From Larinioides sclopetarius (taxonomy: Eukaryota), in assembly GCA_964023285.1 (NCBI GenBank), contig CAXIEN010000093.1, forward strand, positions 2,503,739 through 2,567,738: DNA of 64,000 bases, written 5' to 3'. The position numbers and the translations under genes are program-made. The notes beneath the pieces are model-generated. The model had not been told where the DNA came from and did not search any database. It saw nothing but the letters and a program-made list of their open reading frames with translations. This document shows positions 41,111 to 54,901 of the stretch, in pieces; the stretch's first letter is position 1, and each line of letters begins with the position of its first letter.

Positions 41111-41781
41111 TATGCTGTTGTATTTTTTATGGTCCATCAAAGGTTGAAATAAAATGACATGTGCATTTCTTAACTTATTAAAATTCTTTCAAATAATTAA
41201 GAAAACAACAATTATTTTTGCATGATTTAAATATCTGTTCCTGATGTAAAAAGCTTGGTCTTTTCAAAACATATGCTCTTGAATTATGATGAATAAAGAA
41301 AGTGATAGCTATAATTAAGTTATGAATTGTTGGAAATAGTAATATCAGTTTATTGTAAGGATTTTAAACAGAATTATATACTTACATATAATAAATCTGC
41401 AGGCTGATGATTTTACTTGAAATTCACGAATGAGTTCATTTTGCAGATTTTTATGTGATCTTAAAATGAGCAACCTGCCTTTGTAGAATACAAATTCATT
41501 TAACTTTTATTTGCTGTAAAGGCTCGCCCTACATCAGCTGCTTTTTTTGTTTAAAAGCTTCCTGCTTAACTCATAATAAAATAAATATTCTTTCATTTTT
41601 GACCAAGATGGTGTATATCCATTGCAGTTTGTTATCTAGCAAAAAATTTATTAGAAAAAAACCTGCATTTTTTAAAAATTAATCTATATCCATTATTATT
41701 TCAAATAACGTTATGTTTCTTAATTTTTTGTTAAAGATGTGTGCTCATTAGCTCATATTTATCTTTTTTTTGTTGTTAAAG

Positions 41782-41940
41782 GATACTATTAGAGCTTCAA
41801 TGGAAGAAATTCGGAGCCCGTATCTGGGAAATGTTCCTGTTTTTATAAGTGCTTTCTTTTGTGCAAGTTTTGACAATGTTTATTGTGGTGATTCACAAGG
41901 TTGGTTAAGAAGATATTCAAATACTCCAATATCAAAAAAG
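41782..41940 (+). CDS. WD40-repeat protein gene exon
   Basis: Acceptor 'ttttttttgttgttaaag' and donor 'gtatgt'. Encodes DTIRASMEEIRSPYLGNVPVFISAFFCASFDNVYCGDSQGWLRRYSNTPISKK, matching ORF 41770-41982. Confidence 0.75.
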
Positions 41941-44540
41941 GTATGTGGGAATAATTTTTCTTTTATGCAAAAAGACTGTTGATTTGATGATTATCGTTTG
42001 CACCTATTTTTAATGTAGCAAAGTATTGAAATGTATAGGTTTTGACCTTTATTTACACCAATCCAGAGTAAAGGTATAGGTTTTTTAAATTTTGCAATAC
42101 ACTACTTTCAAGGGTGGGGATGCTTGGGGAGGTGAGAATCCTGTGGGGCAAATCTTAGCATGGCAATTTTTTTTATCCTATTCACATGACAGGCTAGTCT
42201 AGGAAAGAAATAAAGATCTGGCAAAACTCTGAGAGTGTTATCGTTTTCCCCTTCCTCTTGCACAGCAAGTTATATCCCCTGTCGAGAAAACCTTTTCCTC
42301 CTGTCAGAAGACTAACAGCCATGCTTTTGAAATATTCATAGTGCTTGGTTTATCAATTACAGATCGAATATTTATTGACCATCAGCACTATCATACAAAA
42401 TACTAGAATGAAAATAAAATATTTAAAAATTGTGGTGCACACATAATAGTTGAATGAATAAAGAGTATCTAAAATATGTAATTACTCCTATAAGACAATA
42501 AATCTATAAATATTCCAAATTTTCAGCTCCATTTTTTTACAATTTATTTTGCTAATTAGATACCTTTCTGTCAGTTTACACATAATTTCATTTGATCTGA
42601 ATATAATGTGGTTTATCTTCTTAAATATTTGAGGTCTTCAAAAAGAAAGTTAGTAATATTATAATTCATAAAATGCAAAATTTATCCAAGATTTTTACAC
42701 ATAAATTACATAGGAAAAATTCTTGAGATGCAATTTTCAGAAATTCAGTTCTTTTTGATAATGCAGAAAATTATGGTTAACCAAACTCGTGCCTTAGAAA
42801 TCGCAAATCCAAAAAAACATATATTTTGTGCTGAATAATCGTGAATGCAAGAACTTGCTGGGCTATGGCAGGTGTAGAACTGAATGCTATTGAATGAACT
42901 ACTGAATGAAAAATGTTATTCCAACTTCAATAAAGAACATAAGTATAGTATACTAAGAGAGTTTTGAATTTGCTTTTCACCTTAATAATTTCAGAATTGC
43001 ATAGTGTAACTAGGTACTAAACAGTAATAGATATTCTTGACATGGCATAAACTAAAAGACAATTATCCTAAACAACACCCCTCCTGTTAGTTAAGTTAGT
43101 TAGTGTGTGTTAGTTAGTGTCAGTTAACCGAGGTAGTATTGTCCAGTAAAACCTCGCATAACGAGTGTAGTTCATTCTAGAAGTTTACTCTTTATGTAAA
43201 ACAATTTTTTCCATAGAAATTAATGTAAAATACAATGCTGCATTTCATGTCGAAAAAATGCTAAAACATTTTATGTATAAGATCATTAAGGAGCCTGAAT
43301 CGTTTTCATATTATCTATTATGCAGAATCAACCATCATGGAATGTGGATAGCATTTCAGAAATGAAATGTATAATGAGTACTAAACACAGACTGGTGTAC
43401 CCTTTATGTTATCTTTATTTTAAAAAGATACATTTATTACATTATTTCATTGACTCAAATATGTTACATAATCTATGACATAGCATCTCAACTACTATAA
43501 AAATATGGTGCCGAAATAGTTTTTAAAAAGGCATAGTCTTAAATGTCTCAATGTCTTAAATATGCAAAGGATGACTGTTCAAGGTTCTTAAAGTTTTTTT
43601 CTTCAAAATACATTGTGTTATCATAATTGAGTATTACGCAATGAAGTTTCATGTAACAGCCAATTTTACAAGAGAGAAGTTTTTTATCTTAGTGAAATTT
43701 TATATATGCAGGCATAATTGAAGAAAGATGTACCTATTAAATGAACTGTATCATCTGAAAATGTCTCTTCTGTCACTTAAGACATTTATTATTTCAACGA
43801 AATTGTAACCAAATACACCAAATGAGAGAGAGTCTCTGTTTACTAAATAATTTCAATGGTCCATTTCATGGAAGAAGTTAACCAATAAAAACAAGAATAA
43901 GAAAAGGGGTGGTTATATTAGCTTTCTCAGTAGAAGGAGAAAAGTTGATGTTTCAATTGTGTAACGTTATACATTTTAATTTGATTAGATTTAACAATGG
44001 ATTGTTTCTAAATATACTGTATTAGCCAATTTTTTCATACATATGAAAATACATTAAGAAAGGAAATAAGCACAATTAATGAATAACTAATATACTTGAC
44101 AAGTTTTCATAAACAAAAGATATCTTTTGATTAACAGGTGAAATAGGTTGTTGTTAAAGTGTATACATCAGTACTAGATACCTAGTTTTAAAAGATTATA
44201 TTAAAGAAACACTTAGTAGATATGACAATAACACACAAAAACTCTGGGAATTCTTCTCTTCATCATCTTTCTCATTGTTCATTATGTCAAACATCACTCT
44301 TTAAAGGAATAATTTTTTTGAACAGTTTATTTTGATTTTTATGAAAATAATTCTTTTGTTTAGTTTAAAAACAGCTGCTTTAAAATGTGATTTTAAGCAT
44401 AAATTTCTTAAATGATAATATAGAATATAATCTTCTAAGATATTTATTCAATCTGTATGATTAATATTTATTCATTAATATAGTTTTGAGATTGTGTGTA
44501 TTTTTGAGAAAAATTCATTATTTTTTTTTTAATTTTGTAG

Positions 44541-44642
44541 ATTCATGACGATTCAATTACTGGCATTGCAGTTTGTGGTAGATATGTATTCACATGTTCT
44601 TTAGATAAAACTCTGAAAGGTTGGAATTCTGCTCTTAATCAG
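44541..44642 (+). CDS. WD40-repeat protein gene exon
   Basis: Acceptor 'ttttttttttaattttgtag' and donor 'gtatta'. Encodes IHDDSITGIAVCGRYVFTCSLDKTLKGWNSALNQ, with the 'SLDKTLKGWN' WD signature. Confidence 0.75.
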
Positions 44643-47600
44643 GTATTATATGTATATATATTTTCCATTGATTTGATAGGATGCTTATAACTTTACTCTA
44701 TTAATTTCAAAGAGTGTTTTTTTATATTTCTAAAGTTTTCAATTTTCAGTTGCATCAGTTAGAACCATTCACTTCAAACCCTTCCTTTGAATAGACCCTA
44801 TAATTCTTCTGAAACCTTTATCATGTTATGGCACCAACTAAGTTTCTTTACAGATGGTTGAACCTGTATGTAGACTGGAAATCAAAATAATTTCTTCATT
44901 TTCAGCATTTGAATAATAAAGCATCCTTAATTTACTTTAAAACTATTAGTAATAAGTTCTAGTGTGATAGCTCTCAAATACTTGATAAGCAGTTATCAGT
45001 TAAAAAGTGAGAGTATGCTATTAAATAAATTTTGAACGTATTTATTAAGTAATGAAATACAACCGTTTGTTCTTAATCAGCTTTTTCTTTTTAATTGAAA
45101 ATACTACTTCCTAGCTTAACAAGCTCAAAACGTTTTCCACTTTTGTAGTTGTTGCATTCATACTTGTTATGTTGGCTTAGACAATAACATTTTTGGGAGC
45201 TAGTTATTACATTGTGTTTTTTTAATTAAATTATCAAAAGTATTATAATTTAGTTTGATTCTCTTATTGTCAGGTGAGCAAATTCTCTGAATGTAAAAGT
45301 ATTTAAGTTTTCATATGCCATGAGGTTTGATATTCAACACGATGTTGCAAAAAATTTTTATGTCCTACTCAGACCAAAATCCTGGATTCGCCTTCTTCAT
45401 ACCAGAATAAAGATTGTACATTGATGCTAATATACTTTTAGAGGTCTACTCTAATTTGCTTAACTTCAATGATTGTATTATATAAAAGTTTTTTCCACTT
45501 AGATTCTTAAAAACTGTATTCTTAAAAATTATCATTGGAAATATATAGCCTAGTTTTTAACAAAGCAACTTTGAATTATTTTGGTGCTACTGATGATTTC
45601 TTTTATAATTTCTTTGAAATCAGGAATTTGGGTTTATAAGAAACTTTTATTTTTTTTTAAATTTTGCAACCAGATAAAATTTCCATTGAATATCAAATGA
45701 GCGATTCACTACATGGTTATCAATACTTTTAATCAGTTTATAATCTTTGTGCATCCTTTTTATTACTATTCACATCTATTTATATTATATACATATTTTA
45801 ATGACACAATTTCTTGATACAATTAATAGAACCAAATTTTAACATTGTATAATTTCTATTAGATTCATTCAGCACTAAAATTTTTTTGAAAAGTTCAAAA
45901 AGTAGGCCATATTGAAAGTAGTGATTACAAAATGGATCATATCGAAAATTGATATATAAAGTCTTAAAGTGGTTTACTGTATTTTTTAGCTTTTTTTTTA
46001 ACTTATAGTACTGAAACTGTTAATACTTGATTTATTATTGACGATTTGTCAGTTTAAAAAAGCTGATTTTATAACATGCTTATTTTATTTACTTTGTCAG
46101 GCTTTTAAGGATATTTAGCTCCAAGGTTTTTTTATAAATATTTTTGCTGTTATGTTAATCTGTTTTGTGCTTTTGAGTCCCAAAAGCTAAATTTTGCAGT
46201 TAATTATTTCTAATCTAAGAAGCAATAGCTAGTTATTTTGGGTAATTTAAAATGCAAGGTGATCATAAATTTTTGGACAGATTTGAAAAATCAACAAAAT
46301 GAAACCTTATAATTTAGCAACTACATTTTTTAAATGAGAGTAGCTTAAAAAAAATTTTTCAGGTTATGAACATGTCATTATGGTGCATTAAGTTTGGGCA
46401 ATCTGTCACAAGTTTCAAAATGGTTACCAATCAGCCAGGGCCTGCTTCAGGGATGTGCAGCCCATGCCATGGCATAGGGTACAGAGCATGTAGGGGTTCC
46501 AATTCCGAATTATGAATTTGAAAATTCGTTTGAGTTATTTGGATGCCGATCGGAATGCAATAGAAAGGAAAACCAGGGGAAAGCTAACCAGTTATAATTG
46601 TTGTTAGGAGAATTTACAGGTAGAATTAAGTCTTCTTACATATGTAACAATATATAAAATGTACTAGGGAGGCATCACAATAATTTTACTCAGGGCACCA
46701 AATATCTAGGGCCACTCTTGAGGGAGCAAAAGGCATGCCTCTGATTCCAAGAAAGCAAATTAACATTTCTAGGAATTACTCAGAGTATCAAAATTGGTGG
46801 TCTCCAAGCAAGAACTCCATTAAATGTTGTTGTGAGCAATTAAGAGTGAAATCCTTTGAACTGTTGCAGCTGATTTGCTTTCATAAAACCAGACATGCCT
46901 TCTGTTGCATGTTAGTTTTTTTGACATTTATTTTGGATGGTACAGATTAAGTGTGCCGTAATGCAAAAACGTATGACAGCTTATAAAAAAAAAACTTCCT
47001 GGGCTGCTCACTAATTCTACAATGTAAACTGAGTTGCAATATTGTTAGTTTTTTTTAAAATTAATTTTTGAAATGTGTTCCATAATTTATTACCACTTGG
47101 ATATAAAGTAATATTTAATTTTTTATAAAGAAAGTGCAAATTATTTATTTTACTGTATTTTAAATTGAAACCTTCAATAAAAACTTGCGTGTAATACTGT
47201 GAAGTGGAATTTTTAATCTACATCAGGTTGATACTCAAATTTATTTTGAGGGGAGACCTTTTAATGTTTTTTATTAGTGAATTTTGTCATTTAAAATAAC
47301 TTTTTTTCTGATTTCTTCTAAGTTAATATGGCTGTTAGAAACTAGTTTTTTGGAAAGATGGTTTATTTGTGAAATGTGCTATTATTGCGATGACCTCAGT
47401 TTAAAACAACTATATAAATCTGATGTTAGGTATTCGTTGAGCTGTTTTGTTGCATCATATTTATCGTTCAAGTTTTTTCAGCCATTATTTTAAAATTTAC
47501 ATTAAAGATTTTTACATTAAAGATTTTTGAAAATGTTTGCAGTTTTACTGACATGTTTTCTTTCAGATTCTTATTTTCGCAAGAATTTTATTTTTTTTTA

Positions 47601-47752
47601 ATTTTATTTTTTTCGCAAGATTTTTTAGAATTTTATGAAATTTCAATGCAGTCCTTTAAAGAGTAATAACCATTCTTCAGTATGGAATAAGATATTAGAA
47701 ATTGAATATATAAATAACTATTATATGAACTTAACTATATTGTTTTTTGTAG

Positions 47753-47902
47753 GTGTGCCTGTTCCATTCATCTGTTCCAATTACTAGTCTTGTTGGATGT
47801 GAATTTGCTCTTACATCATCCATTCCTACTTACATTTTAGTGATTGGTACTTCTTCTGGAGCTATTCAATTGTTGAAATTTCATGATAAACAGAAAAATT
47901 AA
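47753..47902 (+). CDS. WD40-repeat protein gene terminal exon, ending at stop codon TAA 47900-47902
   Basis: Acceptor 'tgttttttgtag'. Encodes VCLFHSSVPITSLVGCEFALTSSIPTYILVIGTSSGAIQLLKFHDKQKN*. The phase is consistent with all upstream exons. Confidence 0.75.
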   Translation: MCLFHSSVPITSLVGCEFALTSSIPTYILVIGTSSGAIQLLKFHDKQKN

Positions 47903-48045
47903 AAATTTTCCAAGAAACACTAATTCAGCTTGAACTTATTTTGTTATTATGTGATATATATTATGGGCAAATGCAATTTCCATGTATTTTCAGTATTTTT
48001 ACAGATAATGTGACAATGTTATTGTTGTATTATTTCTTATAATGC

Positions 48046-48051
48046 AATAAA
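48046..48051 (+). promoter_or_regulatory. polyadenylation signal AATAAA, about 145 nt after the stop codon
   Basis: 'aatgcAATAAAttgcttc', downstream of the terminal exon of the WD40 gene. Confidence 0.5.
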
Positions 48052-51000
48052 TTGCTTCATTCTTCTTTTTTCTGTGTGTGAATGACCAGAAGGTCAGGTG
48101 TGTGAATGATTTGTATAATTCACAAAAAGATTTTTGTGAATTTATTAATCTAATGTGATAACTTTCTTCTAATAAACTTGTCTAAATCTTTTTGTGAATC
48201 TAATTCACAGAAAGATTTGATGCTTTGCTCAATATCAGTTAGGTTGGTTTCCTGGCTTCAGTTTCCGTGATGCTGATCCAATAAATATCACTATGAATGT
48301 TTATTTATGATTTTAATGTACAAAATAAAGATATTTTAAGGAAGTACTTTTAAAAACTGCTGTAAATTTATTCAAAATTAAATTAGAAGATTTCAGATGC
48401 AGATATTCCATTCTTTGTTGTTCTGTCTTTGCCAGCACTCTTTTATATACTAGTACTAATACATCGCTTGTGTGTTGCATTTTTCTTGTTTCTCTTTAAA
48501 CCATTGCGTTCCAAAAGCATTACTTGAGAATCATTAATAAAGAAAAATTGTGTGGTTAGAAATCATTGCATGATTAGGATCTGTTAACAAAAAGTGTAAA
48601 CTTGGGGAATAGATATACAGAAATTCTTAATATATTTTACATAATTTCCTTTCCTCTAATGATTTCAAAATTCATTTAAAAAAGTTTGATTTGAATCAAT
48701 GATATTTACATGAGCTGAATCAATGATATTTTTTGAAGCTGAATCAATGATATTTACATTCTTTATTGCATAAATATGCATGCATAAAAATAACTAAAGT
48801 TATATTGACACATCTAGAAATAATTCTAAAGTTTCTGTATAATAATATCCCACTTTATTAAAGAGGGATTAATGTATTGTAGAAAGAACATATACTTCTG
48901 CTTATGAACAGTTTTTTTCAGATGAAACTGAGAATTTCCTTGTGCTTTGTAAATTTACATAGACAGGGCCAAATTACACATTTTTGTGCCTTAGGCTATA
49001 ACATATTCTGCCCCCCCTAAAAGCTAAAGTAATCTTCAATTAATTATGCAACTAAATTAAAATCTTTATTTTTGTTTATTTATGAAATGTAAAATTTAAT
49101 ACAATCTGCGAATTACATTTCAATTTCTAATTCAAAAATACATTACTTATGAAATAACACAGCATCTCAATATCTACAAGAATACTGCATTGAATTTTTT
49201 GAAACCATCTGAATACCTACTAAAAATTTGTTTGTTTGCACTTTATTTCGTTAACAGGCTAGAAGGGTCATTGACATCTACAAATCTTATTAATTTTCAA
49301 TGTAAAGCAAGAAATTGTAAGGACCACAGAAGTCAAAAGAAAATTTATTTTTTTATATATATTTGATGTAACGAATGTAAATTTTTAAAACTCTTTTATA
49401 TGGTCTTTTAAAATAATATAGAAAAGTTGATATTGTTTGGTTATTTCTTCGGCATATATGTCTCTGTACTGCTGCGACCAAACCCTGGCCTAGGTTGGTC
49501 TTAAGAATGGTTTAGAGGCAAACTTTAAATAATCATTTGTAACCTGAAGAACAGCAGGTCACTGTCCGAAACTGACGGCAACATTCTACTAACCAGCCTT
49601 TTTGGCGTTCATTTGCAAAATTTGGTGCAAAAATGATTTTTTTGGCTAACTGAACTCAACATCAATATAGATGCTTAGATATTCCTGCCATGTCTTTGTA
49701 TGGATTTTCAACACTTTGAATTTAGATTTGTTTTAACTCTATTATTTAACAATCTTTAATGCTAAATGTCAAATGTTTTAGTCAACAAGTGTATATTTAA
49801 TCTATAAATTTTGTAATTGAAGTAAATATTTTTATAATAAAATAACTTTTTCTAATTGAAGCAAATGTTTAATCACGTCGGGGTTTGAAAATTTAATTTA
49901 AAGACTATTTAATTTATTAAAATTATTTCAAAAACTCTTCAGTTTTCACAGTGCATGCAACTAACAAATTAAAAAGTGTAAAATTCCTTACCATTCCATG
50001 CTTTTATTCCTCTCTCAGTTTTCATGTTTTCACATATAATGGCTATAAACTAATTTTTGGTTCGAATCACCAAATGTCATGTTACCTATTTGTGAAAAAA
50101 AATCTTTCACAAGTACTTATTTAAAAAAAAATTCAAACATTGTTTGTTGATTTTCTTCATTTTTGATTACTGTCCAACACTTTGTATGCATAACTTGTAC
50201 ACCATTCAAACCATTTCTTTCAAATAAAAACCAATTACTTCATTTCTTTCAAATAAAAACATCAAAATTTCATAAAGATTTGTACAACCAAAAAATTGCA
50301 ATTAATTTTATTTCCATGCAAATCAGTAAATTTATTTTCTGATTTCTAATTAAAGTTCACTGTTATTTAATATCAAAGAAAAGACTATTACATCCCAAGA
50401 GACAATGGTTTATTATGATCTTATTATATAGAATATCAACGAAACTTGAGTATTTTTGGCCCATTTCCATCAGGAGATTTAATTCAAAATGCAAAAATAA
50501 TGTTTATAATTCAATTATTTTGTCAAATTTACCAAAACAAGTTCCCAAAAATTCTTATTCATACTGCTTATTATATGCATTCAAACAATTTTCTTAAGGA
50601 AATGTCCAACTTCACATTTTGCTAGATAAAAATATGAAATGTATATAATGTACATTTTTTCCCTATAAAAATAAGTACTATATAAACTCGTAATGACTAT
50701 ATAATGCATATTCTTTTGTTTATTGATCCTAATATTTTACAAAATTAGGGTCAATAAACTTGGAAATACACCACAGAATAAAGTTTTATTAGATACCAAG
50801 TAAATTTTCTAGGTCCCCGTCCGAGTTAAAACTATACTGTTCTAATAAAGATCAAAAGTTATTAAAGCATATTATCTAATATTTATTAAGTTAATGGACC
50901 AATAATAGATTTACTTTTGTTAAAAAAATTATAGCTTATAAAATAAGAAAATATGACAATTCTGCAAATTAAATGAAAGAGTTAGCTATTAGTTATATTT

Positions 51001-54000
51001 AGTGTTTACAATGGGATAATATAAGCGAATGTATAGGCTGAAATTTTTTTATATTGTTGATTTTTTACATTTCATTGAGTAATACCTTTTACATTATATT
51101 CAAAAGAGTTCCATAGTATTTTAAAATATTTTTTTATTAGCGTCTAAAGGCTCACATACATCAAAATACTTTATTAATGCCTAGAATGTTAAAACAAAAA
51201 TTCAGCGTTTATGAAGAAAATAAAATGTAATCTTAAGCTGTTAAGTTTGTTAACAATATATAAAATTATTTTTGTCACTCTCATCATGAACAGTGAAAGA
51301 TTTGCAATCTTGTAATAAGAATCTTATGACATAAAAAATAAAGTTAATAAGCCAGGACGCATCACCATGTGTTTTAAAGGCATTGTATTTTTATTAAATA
51401 TATGTATTTAAATTTAACAGTGCTGTGCAGCAATCAATATTACATCCACAACATTAAAGTTTCTTGGATGCCAAATTGACAGTGTAAAAACGAACATGGA
51501 AGGCCTAATTTTGTCTCCAGAAAACTGTGGCTAACAGAAAAACCTCTGTATATATATTTTAATGATGTTTCCAGATTTTAAAGATAAATATGGGCATTCA
51601 AATAAGATGAAATCAACTGTTGGTGCACGTAAAATTTCTTTTAACATTGTTTAGAAAGAAGCAGAGAAAAGTATATTGACGTTATCCATGGTCTAGATTC
51701 TGAGAGGGTTTTTTTTTCTTTCTTTACTATACTTTCTTTAATATACAAAAATGAAAAAGAAAATTTGGCAAGAAAAGAATGAAAAAGAACTAAAGAAAGG
51801 CTGTTTTCCATAATTATGAATTAAAGCCATCACTTCATAATTGAAACTTCATGTAATGTTGAGGACTTGTCGTTGCAAAACCGAAACAAGTTTAGGTGAT
51901 AATAAACATACACTCAAAAATTATTGCAATGTTTAAATAAATAGCAGCATTCAAATTGGAATGTAATACATTATTCATCTTGATTGCAGCAAATCAGATA
52001 AATATTTTAATGTTTTTTGACAGAATTATTTTACTATTATCATTACTGTAGTTACATTTCAACCACCTCGGTATTTGACTAGTTAACATTTACAAACGTA
52101 CTGGAATTAGTATTTTTTTCTTTCAATTTTTAAGTTTAAATAGAAAGTCAAGTGCTCTTCTGCGACGAATTTGAATGTCATGATACTTCCATCTCGCAAC
52201 ATTATAAGGTTTGTCCCAAATGTCTTTTCACAAGATGCGCTACACGCTTCTCACTAAAAACAGAGAATCACCACAATCCAATCCATACAATTACTTTCCA
52301 CGAAAGAACGAACAACCCCTTTACTTTTCTGAAACCTTGTAACATGTCTATATATGCACCCCTACCCCCAAACACCTATAGAAGAGCATGCATGTCTCCT
52401 TTTCAATGACATCAATTGCTTTCTTCCATGGGCAAAATCTCCTTCCTTTTAAAGATAGGCCTTTGTTTATTCAGCTTTATGACAGTAAAATTAAACTAAA
52501 AAAAGACCAGGTCTAAAAGCCATCTCTCACAAGAAATGCACCCTTTTTACACAAAAGGATGCGACACTTCAATATTTCCGTTGACTTCTGATAAAAACAA
52601 GAATGGCATCAGGATTTTCCTGACGGGGGGGGGCGAATTCCTCAGATGGGGTGGCAATTTCTCCGACAGGGGGCATAACCTGCTGTATAGGGGACGAATG
52701 CAATGGAATTGGTTTCAAATTTTCGCCATATTATTGTTTAACAACTACAATTGAATACCTCGTAGAAAAATGTACCCCAACAGGGGGTCTAATGATCCCC
52801 GACGGGGGACCATGACCCTCCCGGTGCCTCCTCTGGAGCCACATGTGGATAGCAATAAAAACCCTAAATGAGTATTAATGCTGGAGTTTCCATAGAAGAG
52901 GTATCTTTTTTCAGTAGTCAGAAGAATGTCCTAAGGTCTCTAGGCCAGTTTCAACGTTTTGGAGAAACTCTGGCTAATACGAGTGGTTGAATTTCGACGG
53001 ATGTAGAACGCTGGACAGGGCTATTTCAGAAAAACTTACTCCATAGAGAAATGTTGAGGGGCTCCGCTTTCCACCGGACAACTTTGCAAGACCACTACTA
53101 AAGAGCTTTTTTCTTTCAGTGTTTCGTCCTACTGTTTTCATTCAAACCTTAATTTCTTAAAGAGAAAAAGTAGAAACTTTTCTGTGAATTGAACTAAGGC
53201 TACAATAGCTCAAACTCCCCACCACCTTAGCACTGTGATGTGTGTTGCATATATTTCGAGGCACCTTAGAGAGGCGACCACCTCTAACACCTATGCGGAA
53301 AACCACCACTGATAATTTGTATATCCTAGCTGCAACAACAGAGACACTACCTGAGCACTGATCTACCAATCATAATTACTGTAGTTAATCATCTACAAAA
53401 GCTGTTTTAGATTGTGGTTAGTCTCCTCGGTGCAAACAGCATCTGCAATAGGTATGGATGGAAGTTCGTTCCCGTTATTCAGTAAAACCATGACCCACGG
53501 GAAAGAGAAGGGCTGCTTGCTGAAGGAATGACTCATCACCAATGGGCGATGGGTTACCAATGCTTAAAAAGTCGCTTTCTTTTAAAATTTTCGTTTACCA
53601 TTTCTCAAAACTATTTAATGGCCATAACAACTTTGATTTAAAAATTACTTATTTATTTGTTTCTCCAATTGGTTAATATATATATATATAACTATTCTAA
53701 CTTTTACAATACCAGGCATTTTTATCTCACAATATTACCTTGACTTATCTTTGAAATTCATTGTGTATATAAAAACTTTTCTTCTCAAATGTGATAACTT
53801 AAAAGAAAAGATAATTTGTAGAATATTATAATGGTAAAATAGAAAATCAATAATCACTATAAACAAGGATAAAAATTAAATTTGCAATAAAGATATTAAT
53901 TCAAACTTATGACCTTATTTGTGGAATATGATTATCGATGAATTGTTAAAATACTTGCTGTTGTATTTTTTTTTATCAGGATTTATAATAATAACAAATC

Positions 54001-54901
54001 TGTGAACTAAATATGTGTTAAAGACTAAGAAATTTAACTTTTAAGCTACTAAATAAAAGCTTCTCAAATGTGGTAATTTTTAAGAAAAGTTGATTGTTGT
54101 AATATTATCATAATGTAAATAGAAAATCAAAACTCATTAGAATCAATGATATAAACTAAATTTGTAATCAAATAGGATATTAGTTCAAACTTTTGACATT
54201 ATATATGCAATGCAAGTATCACTGGCATGTTATTAAATTGCAAATAATGAGCTAAAAATTGTGCAAAGGAATAACAAATTTAAAGTTTAAGTTAATACAT
54301 AAAAATTAGTTAGAAATTAATAATATGCCAATTGAATAAAAGACAAAAAGGTTTATATAAATAATTTTATTTATTTCCATGAAGTAAATAACAGTAGCAA
54401 ACAATACAATTATTCAGAATATCATACACAAAATTTAAAACTATAAAAAAAATACACATTTCATGTCAAATATATTTTTTTTCTTATTTTAAGATTACAA
54501 AGGTGAACAATTTCACTAACCTTTAAAAATTGAACCTATACTTTAAAACTATACTTTGGAAGTGTATAATTCAATTATTTAAAATATAATTTTTTTTCAC
54601 CCTTAATTTAGTTTTGTTTGTTTCCCCTTAAACATTTACATATTTCTTTTTTGAAAACTGTAATACCAAGCATTTTTTTCTGTCAATTTATTAGTTTTCT
54701 TACTAGATTTCTTTTCCTCAGATAAAGAATTCTTAAAAAGTGTTCTTTGTTTTCTTTAATTCTTAGAATCTACAGTTATATCATTTTCACTTAACAATAT
54801 AGTTATTTAATAAACTATTTGTTGCTGACCTTAGAATGATTAAAGACAAATATCATGCCCATTCACACAAACATTAAAAGAAAGGAAAACATCTTTTGTT
54901 A

